A program made the position numbers and the translations under genes. DNA of 64,000 nt, taken from positions 5,485 to 69,484 of the IMG/VR virus record IMGVR_UViG_2724679537_000002, one strand, 5' to 3'. Positions 62,787 through 64,000 of the stretch are shown piece after piece. How positions within the stretch are numbered: the stretch's first letter is position 1; the number at the start of each line of letters is the position of its first letter. The stretch comes from a virus (Duplodnaviria > Caudoviricetes). Under the pieces are notes generated by a model that was given only the letters and a program-made list of their open reading frames with translations, made no database searches and was not told the DNA's origin.

Positions 62787-64000
62787 TCGGCCGCCACCAT
62801 CTGCTGCAACCTCTCCCACCAAGCCTGGTAGGCCTCCTTCTGCTCTGCCAGGTAGTCATAGTGATCGTAAACCCGCCACTGACCAGGCATGGTGTGCCCT
62901 AGCATCTTCTCGGCGATATGCGGTGCCGTGAGGTCCGACAGGTTGGTTCGCACCGTGCGCCGGAGGTCGTGCATGGACCAGTGCTCCATCTCGACCTTAC
63001 GGTGCCGGCGCAGCCACTGCATGATGTTGTAGGGCAGCGGCAACAGCGAACTACGGCTGATCCTTTCCCTGCTATCCCTGTTGTTGAACAGCGGCCCCTC
63101 CGTAGGCGATGCCGAAAGCTGCATGGCCTCCCTCACCAGCTCCTTCACGGGCTCAATGATCGGCCTGACGATCGGCAGTCCCGTCACCTTCCCTGTTTTG
63201 TGATTCTCGGGCGGAACCGCCCACACTCCCTTGTCCAGATCCCAATGCACCTTGTCGCTCAACCGGAGCTCGCCGGTGCGGCATCCAAAGGCCAGACACA
63301 GCATGACAAAGAGTGCATTTTTGCGCGTCATGCGGGAGCGATCCAGAGCCTCCCAGACCAGGCTCACTTCCTCCCTGTCCAGGACCCGCTTCCCGATGTT
63401 CTTCTTGATGTGGAGGTCAGTGCGAGTGCCGACATGCGCGATCACGTTCGTCGGCACCCGTTGACGCCTCACCCCCCACTTCAGCATCTGCTTGGAGTTG
63501 ATGACCAGGCGCTCGGCAATCGAGGGCGCTCCCACCTGCACGCGCTCGAACTGCTCCATCCAATGGCGCAGCTCCAGTTGATCGGCCGGCAGGTGCCCGA
63601 TCTCGGGGAACAGGTGGATCTCGAAGCTGCGCTTGATCAGGTGGGCATTGGATTTGTGCTTGATGCAGTATCTCTCATACCACTCATTGAATAGCTGCTC
63701 GACGCTGGGCGTCTCAGCCTGTGACAGTCGCTCGAGCTCCTTGGCGAGCTTCGGGTCTTGGCCATCCTCGACCATGCGGCGGATGTCCTCAGCCTCTGCC
63801 CTGGCCGCCTTGAGGCTCTTGAGCGGGTAGGAGCCGATATCGATACGGTTCTGCTTGCCGTTGAGCCAGTACCGAACGTAGAAGGTCAGCTTGCCCTTCT
63901 TGGAGACCCTGACCCCCAGTCCGTTCTGGTCGCTCCGCGTCTGTATTCTGTCTACGGCCTTGCCGTTGTTGGCCTTCAGCCAACTGTCGGTGAGTGGCAT
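62759..64000 (-). CDS. int: Tyrosine integrase (P4-like, N-terminal arm-binding domain)
   Basis: MPLTD..., GCRTGEL, HDLRRT, EKMLGH, VYD. Confidence 0.95.
   Translation of the reverse strand: MPLTDSWLKANNGKAVDRIQTRSDQNGLGVRVSKKGKLTFYVRYWLNGKQNRIDIGSYPLKSLKAARAEAEDIRRMVEDGQDPKLAKELERLSQAETPSVEQLFNEWYERYCIKHKSNAHLIKRSFEIHLFPEIGHLPADQLELRHWMEQFERVQVGAPSIAERLVINSKQMLKWGVRRQRVPTNVIAHVGTRTDLHIKKNIGKRVLDREEVSLVWEALDRSRMTRKNALFVMLCLAFGCRTGELRLSDKVHWDLDKGVWAVPPENHKTGKVTGLPIVRPIIEPVKELVREAMQLSASPTEGPLFNNRDSRERISRSSLLPLPYNIMQWLRRHRKVEMEHWSMHDLRRTVRTNLSDLTAPHIAEKMLGHTMPGQWRVYDHYDYLAEQKEAYQAWWERLQQMVAADQAASSDAS

Larger units (their letters stand above)
1..64000. mobile_element. Temperate phage/prophage (partial): P1-like virion module plus lambdoid control region and integrase
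   Basis: Continuous phage gene content from baseplate genes to xis/int; no host housekeeping genes seen; att sites not visible in the window. Confidence 0.95.

Overview
The window is one GC-rich temperate phage/prophage, truncated on the left inside the baseplate genes and ending at a tyrosine integrase on the right. The host is probably a high-GC gammaproteobacterium (inference). The left ~39 kb (minus strand) is a P1-like contractile-tail virion module: baseplate, tape measure with a GH19 domain, portal, DarB- and DarA/Hdf-like packaged antirestriction proteins, PAAR/spike/hub, tube, lysis cassette, sheath, major capsid protein, prohead protease and terminase. It is joined to a lambdoid control and replication region (nin genes, DnaC, O-like initiator with iterons, Rha, CII, Cro, CI) and a plus-strand early operon (YqaJ/RecT, SSB, two DNA methyltransferases, RdgC, xis). 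Three signals stand out. (1) A stand-alone RAMP/Cas7-like gene (50783-51367) and a coupled accessory gene are followed by a non-coding array (about 51842-52184) of three units. Each unit is a 5-nt-periodic GGY-NN tract plus a conserved three-hairpin tail with compensatory changes, which suggests a non-CRISPR RNA-guided system. (2) A cas-less type I-F CRISPR mini-array (53924-54064; 28-nt repeats, two 32-nt spacers) lies 1.7 kb downstream. (3) A putative late-promoter motif, GGAAAA-N29-YANNNT, occurs seven times upstream of virion/lysis operons. All product calls come from motif recognition by eye and gene order; no database searches were run.
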